Part shown: piece after piece, positions 1 to 9,322 of the stretch
Position numbering within the stretch: the stretch's first letter is position 1
Layout: each line of letters opens with the position of its first letter
Assembly (NCBI GenBank): GCA_046538485.1
Contig: JBKHIT010000001.1
Coordinates: 1-64,000 of the forward strand
Length of the DNA: 64,000 nucleotides
DNA from: Candidatus Brocadiia bacterium
Lineage (GTDB): Bacteria; Planctomycetota; Brocadiia; SM23-32
Direction of reading: 5' to 3'
Translations under genes and position numbers: made by a program
Notes under the pieces: generated by a model
Told to the model about the DNA's origin: nothing
Databases searched by the model: none
The model's input: only the letters and a program-made list of their open reading frames with translations

Positions 1-468
1 TCTCCAGGCCATCTCATGGACACCTTTCCGCAATGAGACAAGGTAGATATCACCTGTTGCATCGCGACGGGTGCTACAGAATACAATCTGTTTTCCATCG
101 GGTGAAAACCGAGGGTGTCGATCCTCGGCACTATGACCCGCAACACGACGAGGTGGTTGCAAACCACCGGGGATATCATCCTGCAGCCAGAGATCCGCAT
201 TGCCCCCTCGGCGGGAGACAAAGACGAGCCGACCCTGAGACGGGAGGTAATCGCCTTCGATAACACCATCAGGCCGGGACGTGAACCGTACCGGCGCGTT
301 CCACTTCCAGCGTTCGCTAACCAACACAGGGACGGGGGTTTGCCCACCTCTCGGGGACACTGCTGTGCAACTGGTTAAGACCGGCAAAAGAGCCATTAAC
401 AGCAAATACAGCGGTATCCTCGCCACTTTGCGGCCGCAGAAAACAGAACTGAAAACAAAATCAGCCAA
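1..468 (-). CDS. TolB-like/PD40 beta-propeller lipoprotein (partial, runs off left edge)
   Basis: Not in the ORF track. My translation of the minus strand reads LYLLLMALLPVLTSC (lipobox), then RLVFVSRRGGNADLWL and DRHPRFSPDGKQIVFCSTRRDATGDIYLV (PD40-type repeats). The TTG at 468 overlaps the upstream stop; the start is uncertain. Confidence 0.8.
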   Translation of the reverse strand, partial: MADFVFSSVFCGRKVARIPLYLLLMALLPVLTSCTAVSPRGGQTPVPVLVSERWKWNAPVRFTSRPDGVIEGDYLPSQGRLVFVSRRGGNADLWLQDDIPGGLQPPRRVAGHSAEDRHPRFSPDGKQIVFCSTRRDATGDIYLVSLRKGVHEMAWR

Positions 469-1087
469 CGGGTGGCTCCTTTCCCTTCGCGACCCACTTC
501 CCGTCGGGCAGTTGCACCATCACGCCCGAATCTGATTCCTGTCGGTATTTGTCGGCCAGTATTTTTTCCACGGCCCTCCGCCCTGTTTCTCCCACCAATT
601 CAGGAGTCGTCGTAAGGATTCTCTGGATGACAATTTCACGGTCCTCATTTTCTTCCTCAACTACGGACTGCACCAGATTGAACATCCAGGGTTTTTGCTC
701 GCGGAGTTGTGATTTCTGGGGGCCGAAAAAGACCAATTTCGCGTCGTTGCCTACACCTACATAGCCCTTTATTTTAAAACGCGTTATGTCATCTCTATTG
801 AACTCCATTCGACGCCTTGCAGCGAGCACTTTCCGCTTGCTTTCGGTCATCTCCGGGGGTGGTTCGGGCTCGCCGGTCACCGGATCTACGGCCCGTACTC
901 CGGTGAGGAAATAAACTTCTTCCCCTATTCTGGTATACGAACCAAGCACTTGCTCGCGGAGTGATTGTCGCGTGCTCCGCACCTCAATCTCAGTCCCGAT
1001 CAAGCCTGACAGTATATTCCCGCACCCGCTACCCAAAAACACGATAAGCAGTGCCACTGTCAGTCCTGCCAATTTAGTACCGTTCAT
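461..1087 (-). CDS. DUF1318 (YdbL-like) lipoprotein
   Basis: Signal peptide ending GSGC; GYVGVGND, EEENEDRE and C-terminal GVMVQLPDGKWVAK motifs typical of DUF1318. ATG 1087 follows GGAGAG. Confidence 0.7.
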   Translation of the reverse strand: MNGTKLAGLTVALLIVFLGSGCGNILSGLIGTEIEVRSTRQSLREQVLGSYTRIGEEVYFLTGVRAVDPVTGEPEPPPEMTESKRKVLAARRRMEFNRDDITRFKIKGYVGVGNDAKLVFFGPQKSQLREQKPWMFNLVQSVVEEENEDREIVIQRILTTTPELVGETGRRAVEKILADKYRQESDSGVMVQLPDGKWVAKGKEPPVG

Positions 1088-1165
1088 ACTGACTCTCCAC
1101 GCAGAAACCAACGCATCATCAACCTGTTTTCATACCGCTCATTTATTCTCACAAAAATCTCAGTA

Positions 1166-4100
1166 TTAACGAATGAACCTGATTTCGCCGGTCTCTGAAT
1201 TTGCAATAAGCAGCTCCGCTGCAAGGATTCTCAACGGTTTTCGCGCCGCGGACAAAATTTCGACTTGCGCTCTGCAGCGCTCAAGGGCTTTTGCTCCAAA
1301 GATTTCCGAAACCTCAAAACGGGGGACAGAATACTGGCTGACGAACTGTCCGACGATACCTTGAAGCTCAATATCAATACTGAAAAAACCACTTTCCAGT
1401 TTAAATATCGCTCTGCGGGGACTACCGAGTTTGAGCTTCTGCCGAATCTGCACGATGCTTGGATTTTCGGCTTCAGGGTCCAGGAACAGCAGTATCCTGC
1501 TCAAAGTCTTTGAACCGATGTGTGTGATGTTCAACCGAGCTGATAGCTGTTTAACAAGATTCGTTCTGGCCGGAACCGTTCCTGGCTTTCTCAGGACAAT
1601 TTGTGCCAATAAATTCCCAGCCATGGTCGAATCCCCTTTTAATCCGTGCATCTCCGTGGGAAGAATTTGGCGAATATCAATGCCCCCGTATTCGCTTGTG
1701 AGATGAAAATGCAATTCTTGCGCTTCATGCCATCCCCCCGCTCGTGCAAGGATCGTCCCGCCTAACAGCCCGGCCCGTAGACTCGGTATTCGAACTCCGG
1801 TTTCTTGTGTCTGCACGCGCACTGCCAGCTTGCGTGCAAGGGGTCGGCCGAACAGAGAAATCGAATCCGCAGAAACGCTTTTCCCGGGCGATACCAGAGC
1901 ATCCTCAGCACGACTGTGTCCGGTGAATTTCCAGCTATCACCAAACTTAATTGCGTCCTTTTGGAATTGATCATTTGTTTTCAAAACGCTTTCGCTCAGC
2001 ATTCTGCGACGTCTGGCGTATTCTCCGGGCGTTAAAATCCGCCACCGCTTGCGGAAAGGCACTTTACTCTCAAGTCCCCGGATAGCAAAAAGCTCCTCAG
2101 CCCTGACACCAAAATCGTCCAACCCGACGGAGGCATTAATTTCCAGGTACTGGTCCCGCACCAGATCCACGGATATCTGGCCCTGGGCTTTTCCCCAACC
2201 GTTCCAATCTTCAAGAGCATTGACCAGACGTGTTTTAAAGCTGACGTTTCCTTCTATATTCCCATCAAGTCGACGCACTATCTGCCCCGGAGTCGGCATT
2301 TCCCTGAGTTTCCCCAGTCCTTCGACCCCCATTTGCAACTCTCCTCTCACCAACTCGTCAAAACCTGAAAAAAATGCCCTTCGCAACCGGAAGCTGTCAA
2401 AATCTTTCAGTTCGAGCTCACACCCGGCTGCGAAATCCCCCAGTGATTCACTGAATAAGGAACTCTTAACACGGGGCACGCTAATTCCGACCCGGCCAGT
2501 AATCTGGCCTTCTTTGAGTTCCGCCGCTGCCTGCGCATTCATTTCTGCAAATCCGGCGGTTACGTGGGGGCCGATCGCATACTCAATTCCAATATCGGCT
2601 GCGTGAAATTTGGCTGTAACATCCAATGGAACTTTTTGCTCGTAAAAATTCCTCAACGGAAAAACTCTGAGTTCCGGAAAGTTCGGTTCCTCCGAAGCCA
2701 TAAAATCGTTCACCAGAGGTAGATGCCCACTGACTTTCCCGCTCAAATCGATTCTTCCCTTAAGTTCGCGTATATTTTCCTGAAATCCGGTGGGAACGAA
2801 CGTTTTCAATCCGTTGACATCAGGCACAGAAATCCGGCCCGCAGCCGTTAACTGTTTCGATCCGAATTCCTTTATTTCGAATGCGGCTTCTTTGAGCGTC
2901 ATTATTCCCGGAACTCTAAAATCGATATTCTCAACTCGAAGATTTCCATCTCGATATTCGCTATGGAGAGCCGCAGAACCGGAGATCCCCAAGGTCCCGG
3001 TCTTATAAATCCACTGACCGGACTGTGTAGAGGGCACGGCAAACGACAGTCCCTCCAGTCCGCCCTCAATGCCACCATCTACTATGCCCAACCGATCGCC
3101 CTTAACGTCGCCACTCATCGAGAAGTTCGCCTCGTTCATCTCGACTGTAACAGGGCTTGCCAAACGGAACCCCTGAATACTGCTCTCGGCAAACCAGTCC
3201 AGTTTCTCAGATCGATAACTTTTTCCCACGGCAAATTCCACGCCAGCTTTTCCTGAACACTTTTTAACATTTGCCGCGATAGAATCATGTTCGTATCCAG
3301 CACCTTCCAGCTCAATCCCACCGTCAAGCTTTACCCGAAGCCTACCATCCGGATCGAAATTCGGGATGGTTCCAGCCAGAACAATTTTCCCAAAGGTTCT
3401 CCCCCCTATCCGTATTTTTTCGAGCGGATGCCTTAACTCCGGGAGGAGACCCTCCTGGAGATTAAGCGCCGCACCAAGATCCGTCGAAGCTTCTGCCGTG
3501 AGATTCAATCCCTTTGCCCCGTAACCTTTCATATCACCGCTTATCCGCAGTTCAGGAATCACTTTGCCCACACTGGCTTCCAGTGATTCCAGTTTGATCC
3601 GGTTCTTCTGAGGATCCGCCAGATTATCACCCTCTAATTTCAGGGCAACGTGGACCGGCGCAGCCATCCGCCCGAACAATTTGCTTTTGACCGCCAGAAT
3701 TTCCGTCCCAAAATTAGCTCTTACAGCGGATCCAACAGGATCCGACAAATGGCTATCCACCGTCCCCCCGAATTTGATGTTCCTGCAGGTCAGCGTAGCG
3801 AGATCTGAAAAACCGCAGCGCAGATATGGCGCATTCAAATGAAAGTTCTGGGTGGTTTTTACAGAAAGCTGTGGATCCAACGAATACTCCGCTTCGAGTC
3901 GATGCGTAAAATCCCAGCCCTTGATTTCTCCGCTGAGGTGCGTGCCTTTCTCTGGCGTTTCTTCCACCGTCAAACCGGATCGAACATTTAACCCTCTCAA
4001 CTCCACCCTGTTGACCAGGCTGCCGCGCACCCCTAAATCAGCTTCCGAAATTAGCGTTGCATCAATATCTGTGGTCATCTCGAACAGACCGGACAGTGCC

Positions 4101-5194
4101 GGATTTTGCAACTCCAACCCTGGTTTTAAAGATTCGAGGCCACCGAAGGATTCCAGTAGATGGACCACGAGCAGGTTAAATTCCCGCAGTTCGATAGCAA
4201 GCGTGTTTTCGCCCTCCAATTCCCATTTTTCATCGCGATTGACAGCAAATTTCAGATCCGAATGCAACAGGTCGCCCATCCGGACCTGGAATCTACCGTT
4301 TGGCAAAGTAAGTTCAGCTATATTCAGTTTGGCGCTCAGGTCTCCCTCCACACCCGGATAATATTTGAACTCAGTGCCTTCATAACGGGCATCAAGCGGT
4401 ATTATTTTACACTTCCCTTTGGCCGTTACGTGCTTTTTCGTATCGCGCTTTATTCTGAGCTGCGCTCCCAGCGCAGTCTCCAGTCGAGCTTCTTTAGGAA
4501 TTTGAAAATCACCAACAGCTGACTTAATGCCGCATGACAAGCGCGCATCACCACGGAGTTTTCGATCCCAACTGGCCGACCCGAAAACCCATAGTCCTGA
4601 CAATTGCACTTTATGACCGTCCGCATCTTTTACTTCGACCAAAACGTCCCTGACGCTGATATCATCGATTCCAATAGAGGTGGGCATTCGGATGGTGGTT
4701 AGATTCAAAGGCGGCCTGGATCTGCGTTTGGTTTCCCCCTTACCAGCCGGCAATAAACTGGCAACACTCCACTGACCATTTTTTTTCTCAGCTTGGACCC
4801 GGACACCGGAGATTTCCACGAGGTTAATCCGCAGCTGACGTTCAAAAAGATTGAAGGGGCTCCACCGACAAAGGATTTTGTCGACGCTGACCACAGGTTC
4901 AGTGACATTATCCGCCGGGGCAATCCGCAATCCTCTCATATCGACAAGCTTGCCACTCAGGGGCGAAATTCTGAGGGCTTGCAGTTTGATATCTGCTCCA
5001 TTCATTATCCTGGACAGACGGCTTGTAACAATTTTGCGGAAGAATGGAGCATCACTAATTCGCGGAAAAAGCGCAAGCAAGGCAACCAGAAATGCGAGAA
5101 CGAGAAACATGATCCGGTAGAACCAGCGCAGGGCGCACCGCAATCGCTGAAAGTGTTTTACCCCGGACCCAGTTTTTTTGATTTCGTCTACCAC
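1166..5194 (-). CDS. Large AsmA/TamB/YdbH-like beta-rich envelope protein (putative lipid-transfer bridge)
   Basis: 1342 aa with a single N-terminal TM helix, an AsmA-like start (INLVEISGVRVQAEKKNGQWSVASLL) and alternating beta-strand pattern throughout; adjacent to a DUF1318 gene. Confidence 0.7.
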   Translation of the reverse strand: MVDEIKKTGSGVKHFQRLRCALRWFYRIMFLVLAFLVALLALFPRISDAPFFRKIVTSRLSRIMNGADIKLQALRISPLSGKLVDMRGLRIAPADNVTEPVVSVDKILCRWSPFNLFERQLRINLVEISGVRVQAEKKNGQWSVASLLPAGKGETKRRSRPPLNLTTIRMPTSIGIDDISVRDVLVEVKDADGHKVQLSGLWVFGSASWDRKLRGDARLSCGIKSAVGDFQIPKEARLETALGAQLRIKRDTKKHVTAKGKCKIIPLDARYEGTEFKYYPGVEGDLSAKLNIAELTLPNGRFQVRMGDLLHSDLKFAVNRDEKWELEGENTLAIELREFNLLVVHLLESFGGLESLKPGLELQNPALSGLFEMTTDIDATLISEADLGVRGSLVNRVELRGLNVRSGLTVEETPEKGTHLSGEIKGWDFTHRLEAEYSLDPQLSVKTTQNFHLNAPYLRCGFSDLATLTCRNIKFGGTVDSHLSDPVGSAVRANFGTEILAVKSKLFGRMAAPVHVALKLEGDNLADPQKNRIKLESLEASVGKVIPELRISGDMKGYGAKGLNLTAEASTDLGAALNLQEGLLPELRHPLEKIRIGGRTFGKIVLAGTIPNFDPDGRLRVKLDGGIELEGAGYEHDSIAANVKKCSGKAGVEFAVGKSYRSEKLDWFAESSIQGFRLASPVTVEMNEANFSMSGDVKGDRLGIVDGGIEGGLEGLSFAVPSTQSGQWIYKTGTLGISGSAALHSEYRDGNLRVENIDFRVPGIMTLKEAAFEIKEFGSKQLTAAGRISVPDVNGLKTFVPTGFQENIRELKGRIDLSGKVSGHLPLVNDFMASEEPNFPELRVFPLRNFYEQKVPLDVTAKFHAADIGIEYAIGPHVTAGFAEMNAQAAAELKEGQITGRVGISVPRVKSSLFSESLGDFAAGCELELKDFDSFRLRRAFFSGFDELVRGELQMGVEGLGKLREMPTPGQIVRRLDGNIEGNVSFKTRLVNALEDWNGWGKAQGQISVDLVRDQYLEINASVGLDDFGVRAEELFAIRGLESKVPFRKRWRILTPGEYARRRRMLSESVLKTNDQFQKDAIKFGDSWKFTGHSRAEDALVSPGKSVSADSISLFGRPLARKLAVRVQTQETGVRIPSLRAGLLGGTILARAGGWHEAQELHFHLTSEYGGIDIRQILPTEMHGLKGDSTMAGNLLAQIVLRKPGTVPARTNLVKQLSARLNITHIGSKTLSRILLFLDPEAENPSIVQIRQKLKLGSPRRAIFKLESGFFSIDIELQGIVGQFVSQYSVPRFEVSEIFGAKALERCRAQVEILSAARKPLRILAAELLIANSETGEIRFIR

Positions 5195-5279
5195 CAGCGT
5201 CCCTCAGAAATTCGCGGGCTGAATGGGTACTCGCAGATTGTATTCTAATGTCCCTGCGGTTTCAGAAAAAGGGAACCGA

Positions 5280-6155
5280 TTACATTCCCAGTTCCTTTCG
5301 AAGCCGCAGATTCCGAAGTGCATCGCGGACCTGGTGCAACGGCGGACGCCGGGTGAGGTCAGTAGAGCAACAATCCACGATCATATCGCTTAAACCGAGG
5401 GGAATTTCAGGATCAATCCGTGCCGGAGGGATGGGGCTAAAACCGTCTTGCGGTACAAATCCCGCCTCTCCCTCTTCTCCAGGCACAATTGATGGGAGTC
5501 TTTCCCCCGTCAACAACCAGTACATCGTCCCCCCGAGACTGAATACATCAGTAACAGGTTGCAATTTCCCCCCTGCCTGTTCCGGTGCCAGAAACCCCCA
5601 AGTTCCTTTAACACTATCCAGACGCGTACCTATTTCGGCCGCAAAGCCAAAATCGATCAATTTCACATCGTTCTCCCGGCCTACTACAATGATATTGTCC
5701 GGCTTAACATCGCCGTGGACCCATCCCAATGAATGGATCTGTGAGAGGATATCACATACATGCGCGACGATTGTAAGTTTTTCCTTGAACGTATAATCCG
5801 AATTTTCAGCGAGGCTTTGTCCCTCAATACGTTCCATAATTATGCAGGCAGATTTGACCCTGAAAAATCGCCGCAATTTCTTCAGTTTCACCACGTCCAC
5901 GATACCATCGACGTTTTCATGGTGATCGTGAAGCTGCTTCAAAACCGAGTATTCGTTCTCCAAATGGCGCAAAACCTGCCTATCCCGCTCGTCTTTGATA
6001 GCAACACATTTGGCTGCCAGAGGTTCCCCTTCCCTATCGTCTTTTGGCAGTATTTCGCAAATGACACTCCGTGCGCCGTACCCTATCGGCTCGCCAACAG
6101 AATAGGCGTCCAGCATCCTATTAAGGGCGTTCAAGCTTTTTTTAATCGGGGGCAA
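5280..6155 (-). CDS. Hanks-type Ser/Thr protein kinase (soluble, non-RD)
   Basis: GYGARSV Gly-loop, AAK, VHGDVKPDN, DFG, GTWGFLAPE, DVFSLG. Start uncertain (TTG 6155 after GGAG, or ATG 6116). Confidence 0.9.
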   Translation of the reverse strand: MPPIKKSLNALNRMLDAYSVGEPIGYGARSVICEILPKDDREGEPLAAKCVAIKDERDRQVLRHLENEYSVLKQLHDHHENVDGIVDVVKLKKLRRFFRVKSACIIMERIEGQSLAENSDYTFKEKLTIVAHVCDILSQIHSLGWVHGDVKPDNIIVVGRENDVKLIDFGFAAEIGTRLDSVKGTWGFLAPEQAGGKLQPVTDVFSLGGTMYWLLTGERLPSIVPGEEGEAGFVPQDGFSPIPPARIDPEIPLGLSDMIVDCCSTDLTRRPPLHQVRDALRNLRLRKELGM

Positions 6156-6346
6156 AATATATTCTCCCGCGGATCCCAAAACGCAAACGCATTTTAACAG
6201 GGTACTTTGTGAGTTATATTTTTCAAGTGCCCGCAATACGTTAACAAACCAGAACAACCCTTTATTGGACGAAAGACAACGTGGCAATTACAATAGTTTT
6301 TCTGTTACCTGCACGTTTGTGACTGAGTTCTTAAGAGGTGACCTAT

Positions 6347-6862
6347 ATGAGTGATGCGCCGAAAGTAGCCATAGTGATGGGGAGCGACAGCGACCTGCCA
6401 ACCATGAAATCGACCGTAAAAGTAATGATGAAATTCGACGTGCCGTTCGAATTGAGAGTTCTGAGCGCACACCGCTCTCCGGAAGAGACACACAAGTTTG
6501 CAGAATCCGCCGAGAACCGCGGAATCAAAGTCATTATCGCCGGCGCAGGCGGAGCCGCCCACCTGGCAGGTGTTATCGCCGCCAACACAACTGTCCCCGT
6601 CATCGGAGTCCCGATGGCCACTGACCGGGCCGGCGGAATGGACTCACTGCTTTCAACGCTCCAGATGCCCAGAGGGGTACCTGTGGGCACTATGGGAATC
6701 GGAAGCAGTGGCGCCCAAAACGCCGGATTGCTCGCCATTGAAATTTTGGCGCTCTCTGATGACAAACTCGCCGAACTCTACCGCCAGTTCAAAAACCAGC
6801 TGTCCGATTCCGTCGAAAAAGCCAACGAAAAAGCCCAGGAATGGCTCCAGGAAAATTCCTGA
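6347..6862 (+). CDS. purE: N5-carboxyaminoimidazole ribonucleotide mutase
   Basis: VMGSDSD, SAHRSPE, IAGAGGAAHLAG, PVIGVP, QMPRGVPV motifs; GAGG RBS before ATG 6347. Confidence 0.97.
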   Translation: MSDAPKVAIVMGSDSDLPTMKSTVKVMMKFDVPFELRVLSAHRSPEETHKFAESAENRGIKVIIAGAGGAAHLAGVIAANTTVPVIGVPMATDRAGGMDSLLSTLQMPRGVPVGTMGIGSSGAQNAGLLAIEILALSDDKLAELYRQFKNQLSDSVEKANEKAQEWLQENS

Positions 6863-6906
6863 ACGGATCCCATAGGTCTCTTATCCAAGCAGCAGGAATC
6901 CAAACA

Positions 6907-7962
6907 ATGAAATGCCTCAATTGCGGCGCGGAAATGGAAAACTACCTTATCCGGACAAAAAAAGATGAAATTTCCTACGATACTTGCCCGGAATGTGGAA
7001 GCCTTTGGCTCGACGCCGGAGAGCTCGACAAGATGGCTTTCCAGGTCGAAGGAAGCATTGAATATAGCTCCCAGGAAGAAACCCAAGGAACCGTAACTGA
7101 CCGGAGATGCCCAAGATGCAAAAACGTCGTGATGGGAAAAGTCAACTTTCTGGGCTCCACTGATATTTTCCTCGACCGCTGCCCGTGCTGCGGAGGATTC
7201 TGGCTTGATGGAGGCGAACTCGACATCCTCAACCTGGAATTGGAAGATACTATGCCGGTGACAGGTCACGGCTTTTCCGATTTCATCCACAATATTCACA
7301 TCCCTTACTGGCATAAACGTATTCGAAGAAAGGATCCACCGGATTTTGGCGAAAAGGTCCTCCCCCTCAAAAACGCCTCTATGAAAGACACCAGCTCGCT
7401 CGCATGTCCCGCCTGCGACGCACGGATGAATTCCTACGAAGCCTACGGTATGAGTTTTGAAGGTTGCCAGGGGTGCAAAGGACTCTGGTTATCTCTGGAA
7501 GAATTGCGAAAACTCAAAGACCGTGTGGGTAAAAAAAACGGAGTCGACCTGCGATGGCTCGACGACGAAGTTGAAGCCCTCGAAGAAAGCCAGATCATGC
7601 CTTCAGGACGCCAGTGCCCCGAATGTTCCGGTCAAGAACTGGTCAGCACAAGCTTCGGAAACTCCACGATCATAATCGACTGGTGCCCTTCCTGTAAGCA
7701 CCTCTGGCTGGATGGCGGCGAATTCCAGAGGATGATGGCTTATCTCAGGGAGCAGTACGCCAACGTTTCTCGCGAAGACATAGAAGAGAATCTCCGCGAA
7801 GAAATGAAAGAAATCTGGGAAGGACCGGAAGGAAAATTTTCGGAACTGCTCGATGCAGCGGCCGCAGTCAGCACCTTCCTCAGTCTCGGCGTTTTTCAGC
7901 ACCCCAAACTCGTCGCATTCCTGCAGCGTTTCAGCGAGAATCTCGAATCCTCGGGGATATAA
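6907..7962 (+). CDS. Protein with four tandem zf-TFIIB-like zinc ribbons
   Basis: Four CxxC-x(16-19)-CxxC-x-x-x-W-L-x-x-x-E-[LF] units, e.g. CPECGSLWLDAGEL, CPCCGGFWLDGGEL, CQGCKGLWLSLEEL, CPSCKHLWLDGGEF. Confidence 0.85.
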   Translation: MKCLNCGAEMENYLIRTKKDEISYDTCPECGSLWLDAGELDKMAFQVEGSIEYSSQEETQGTVTDRRCPRCKNVVMGKVNFLGSTDIFLDRCPCCGGFWLDGGELDILNLELEDTMPVTGHGFSDFIHNIHIPYWHKRIRRKDPPDFGEKVLPLKNASMKDTSSLACPACDARMNSYEAYGMSFEGCQGCKGLWLSLEELRKLKDRVGKKNGVDLRWLDDEVEALEESQIMPSGRQCPECSGQELVSTSFGNSTIIIDWCPSCKHLWLDGGEFQRMMAYLREQYANVSREDIEENLREEMKEIWEGPEGKFSELLDAAAAVSTFLSLGVFQHPKLVAFLQRFSENLESSGI

Positions 7963-7992
7963 CCCCTTCCCCAGATAACAATCTTCAAACCA

Positions 7993-9225
7993 ATGAGCCA
8001 AGACAAAGACGTCAAAATACTGCGCGATCTTGCCAAACAAGTGGCAGAAATCGCAGCTAAACCCATTCAGGACGAACGCCGTAACCTGTGGCGGCGTCAC
8101 AACAGCCTCCAGCACACCCGCCCGCTTCTCTATGTCCGAGGAGGCGTCGCTTTCGGCGATATACTCAACCCCCAGCTCGAATGCCAGGATCCATTCTACC
8201 GCGGACACGAACGGGCACTGCGCAGAATGATTTTCCAGAACACCCTCGACGACGATTTCATCGTCGAACCGTGGATCAATCAGGGCGCCTCACGTATCAC
8301 GCCGGAAAAGGGACCGTGGGGAGTACCCCATAACCGTATCCCCAGCACCGAACAAGGCGGCGCGTGGAAATATGATCCCCCTATCAAAAAACCAGAGGAT
8401 ATCGAAAAACTCGTCAAGCCGCATCATATTATCGACGAAGAGGCGACCGCCCGTAACGTAAGCCGGATCCGCAACGCTGTCGGAGATATCATCGAAGTCA
8501 ATGTTGACCGCGCCCCATTCTACCGGGTGTGGCACGCTGATATCTCAACAGATCTCGGCTATCTCCGTGAAATTGAACAATTTATGTTTGATATGATCGA
8601 TAATCCGGAATGGCTGCATAAACTGGTGGGTTTTCTCAGCGAAGGCGTTCTCACCACCCATCGGGAAGCCGAAGAAGCCGGAGATTGGCACCTGGCCGAC
8701 ACGGAAAATCAGGCTATGCCCTATTCCCTGGAATTGCCTGATCCCGAAGCGAACAGTGAACCCGTCACCCGTGATAAACTCTGGTGTTTCTGCGCCGCCC
8801 AGGAGATGGCCCAGGCGGGACCACAAATGCACGACGAGTTCATCCTCCAGTATCAACTGCCGATCATCGAAAAATTCGGGCTGTCTTCCTACGGCTGCTG
8901 CGAAGACCTGACCAATAAAATCGATATGCTCCGTCAGATCCCGAATCTCCGCCGGATCGCCGTCACCCCCTGGGCAGATGTCGCAAAGTGTGCGGAACAA
9001 ATTGGCGATGAATATGTCTACTCCTGGCGCCCCAGCCCCGCAAACATGGTCTGCACGCAGTTCGATGTGGATTACATCAAAAAAACCGTCCGCGAAGCCA
9101 TGGAAGCTACAAAAGGCTGCCATGTCGACATCACCCTCAAAGACATTCAGACCCTGGAAGGGGAACCCGACCGCCTGCGGAAATGGGTCGATGCCGTCCG
9201 ATCCGTCACCGACAAAACAGGCTGA
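7993..9225 (+). CDS. Uroporphyrinogen decarboxylase/MtaA-like TIM-barrel protein
   Basis: MHDEFILQYQ, YGCCE and VTPWAD motifs of the uncharacterised URO-D-like family. Confidence 0.65.
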   Translation: MSQDKDVKILRDLAKQVAEIAAKPIQDERRNLWRRHNSLQHTRPLLYVRGGVAFGDILNPQLECQDPFYRGHERALRRMIFQNTLDDDFIVEPWINQGASRITPEKGPWGVPHNRIPSTEQGGAWKYDPPIKKPEDIEKLVKPHHIIDEEATARNVSRIRNAVGDIIEVNVDRAPFYRVWHADISTDLGYLREIEQFMFDMIDNPEWLHKLVGFLSEGVLTTHREAEEAGDWHLADTENQAMPYSLELPDPEANSEPVTRDKLWCFCAAQEMAQAGPQMHDEFILQYQLPIIEKFGLSSYGCCEDLTNKIDMLRQIPNLRRIAVTPWADVAKCAEQIGDEYVYSWRPSPANMVCTQFDVDYIKKTVREAMEATKGCHVDITLKDIQTLEGEPDRLRKWVDAVRSVTDKTG

Positions 9226-9322
9226 GAAACTAACGTCCGGGGGACGGCATGGAGCAACAAGAGGGGCGCTCGAAACGGCTGCTGCCCAGCGCCGCGAGGA
9301 AAAGAACCCGCTCTTTACTCTC

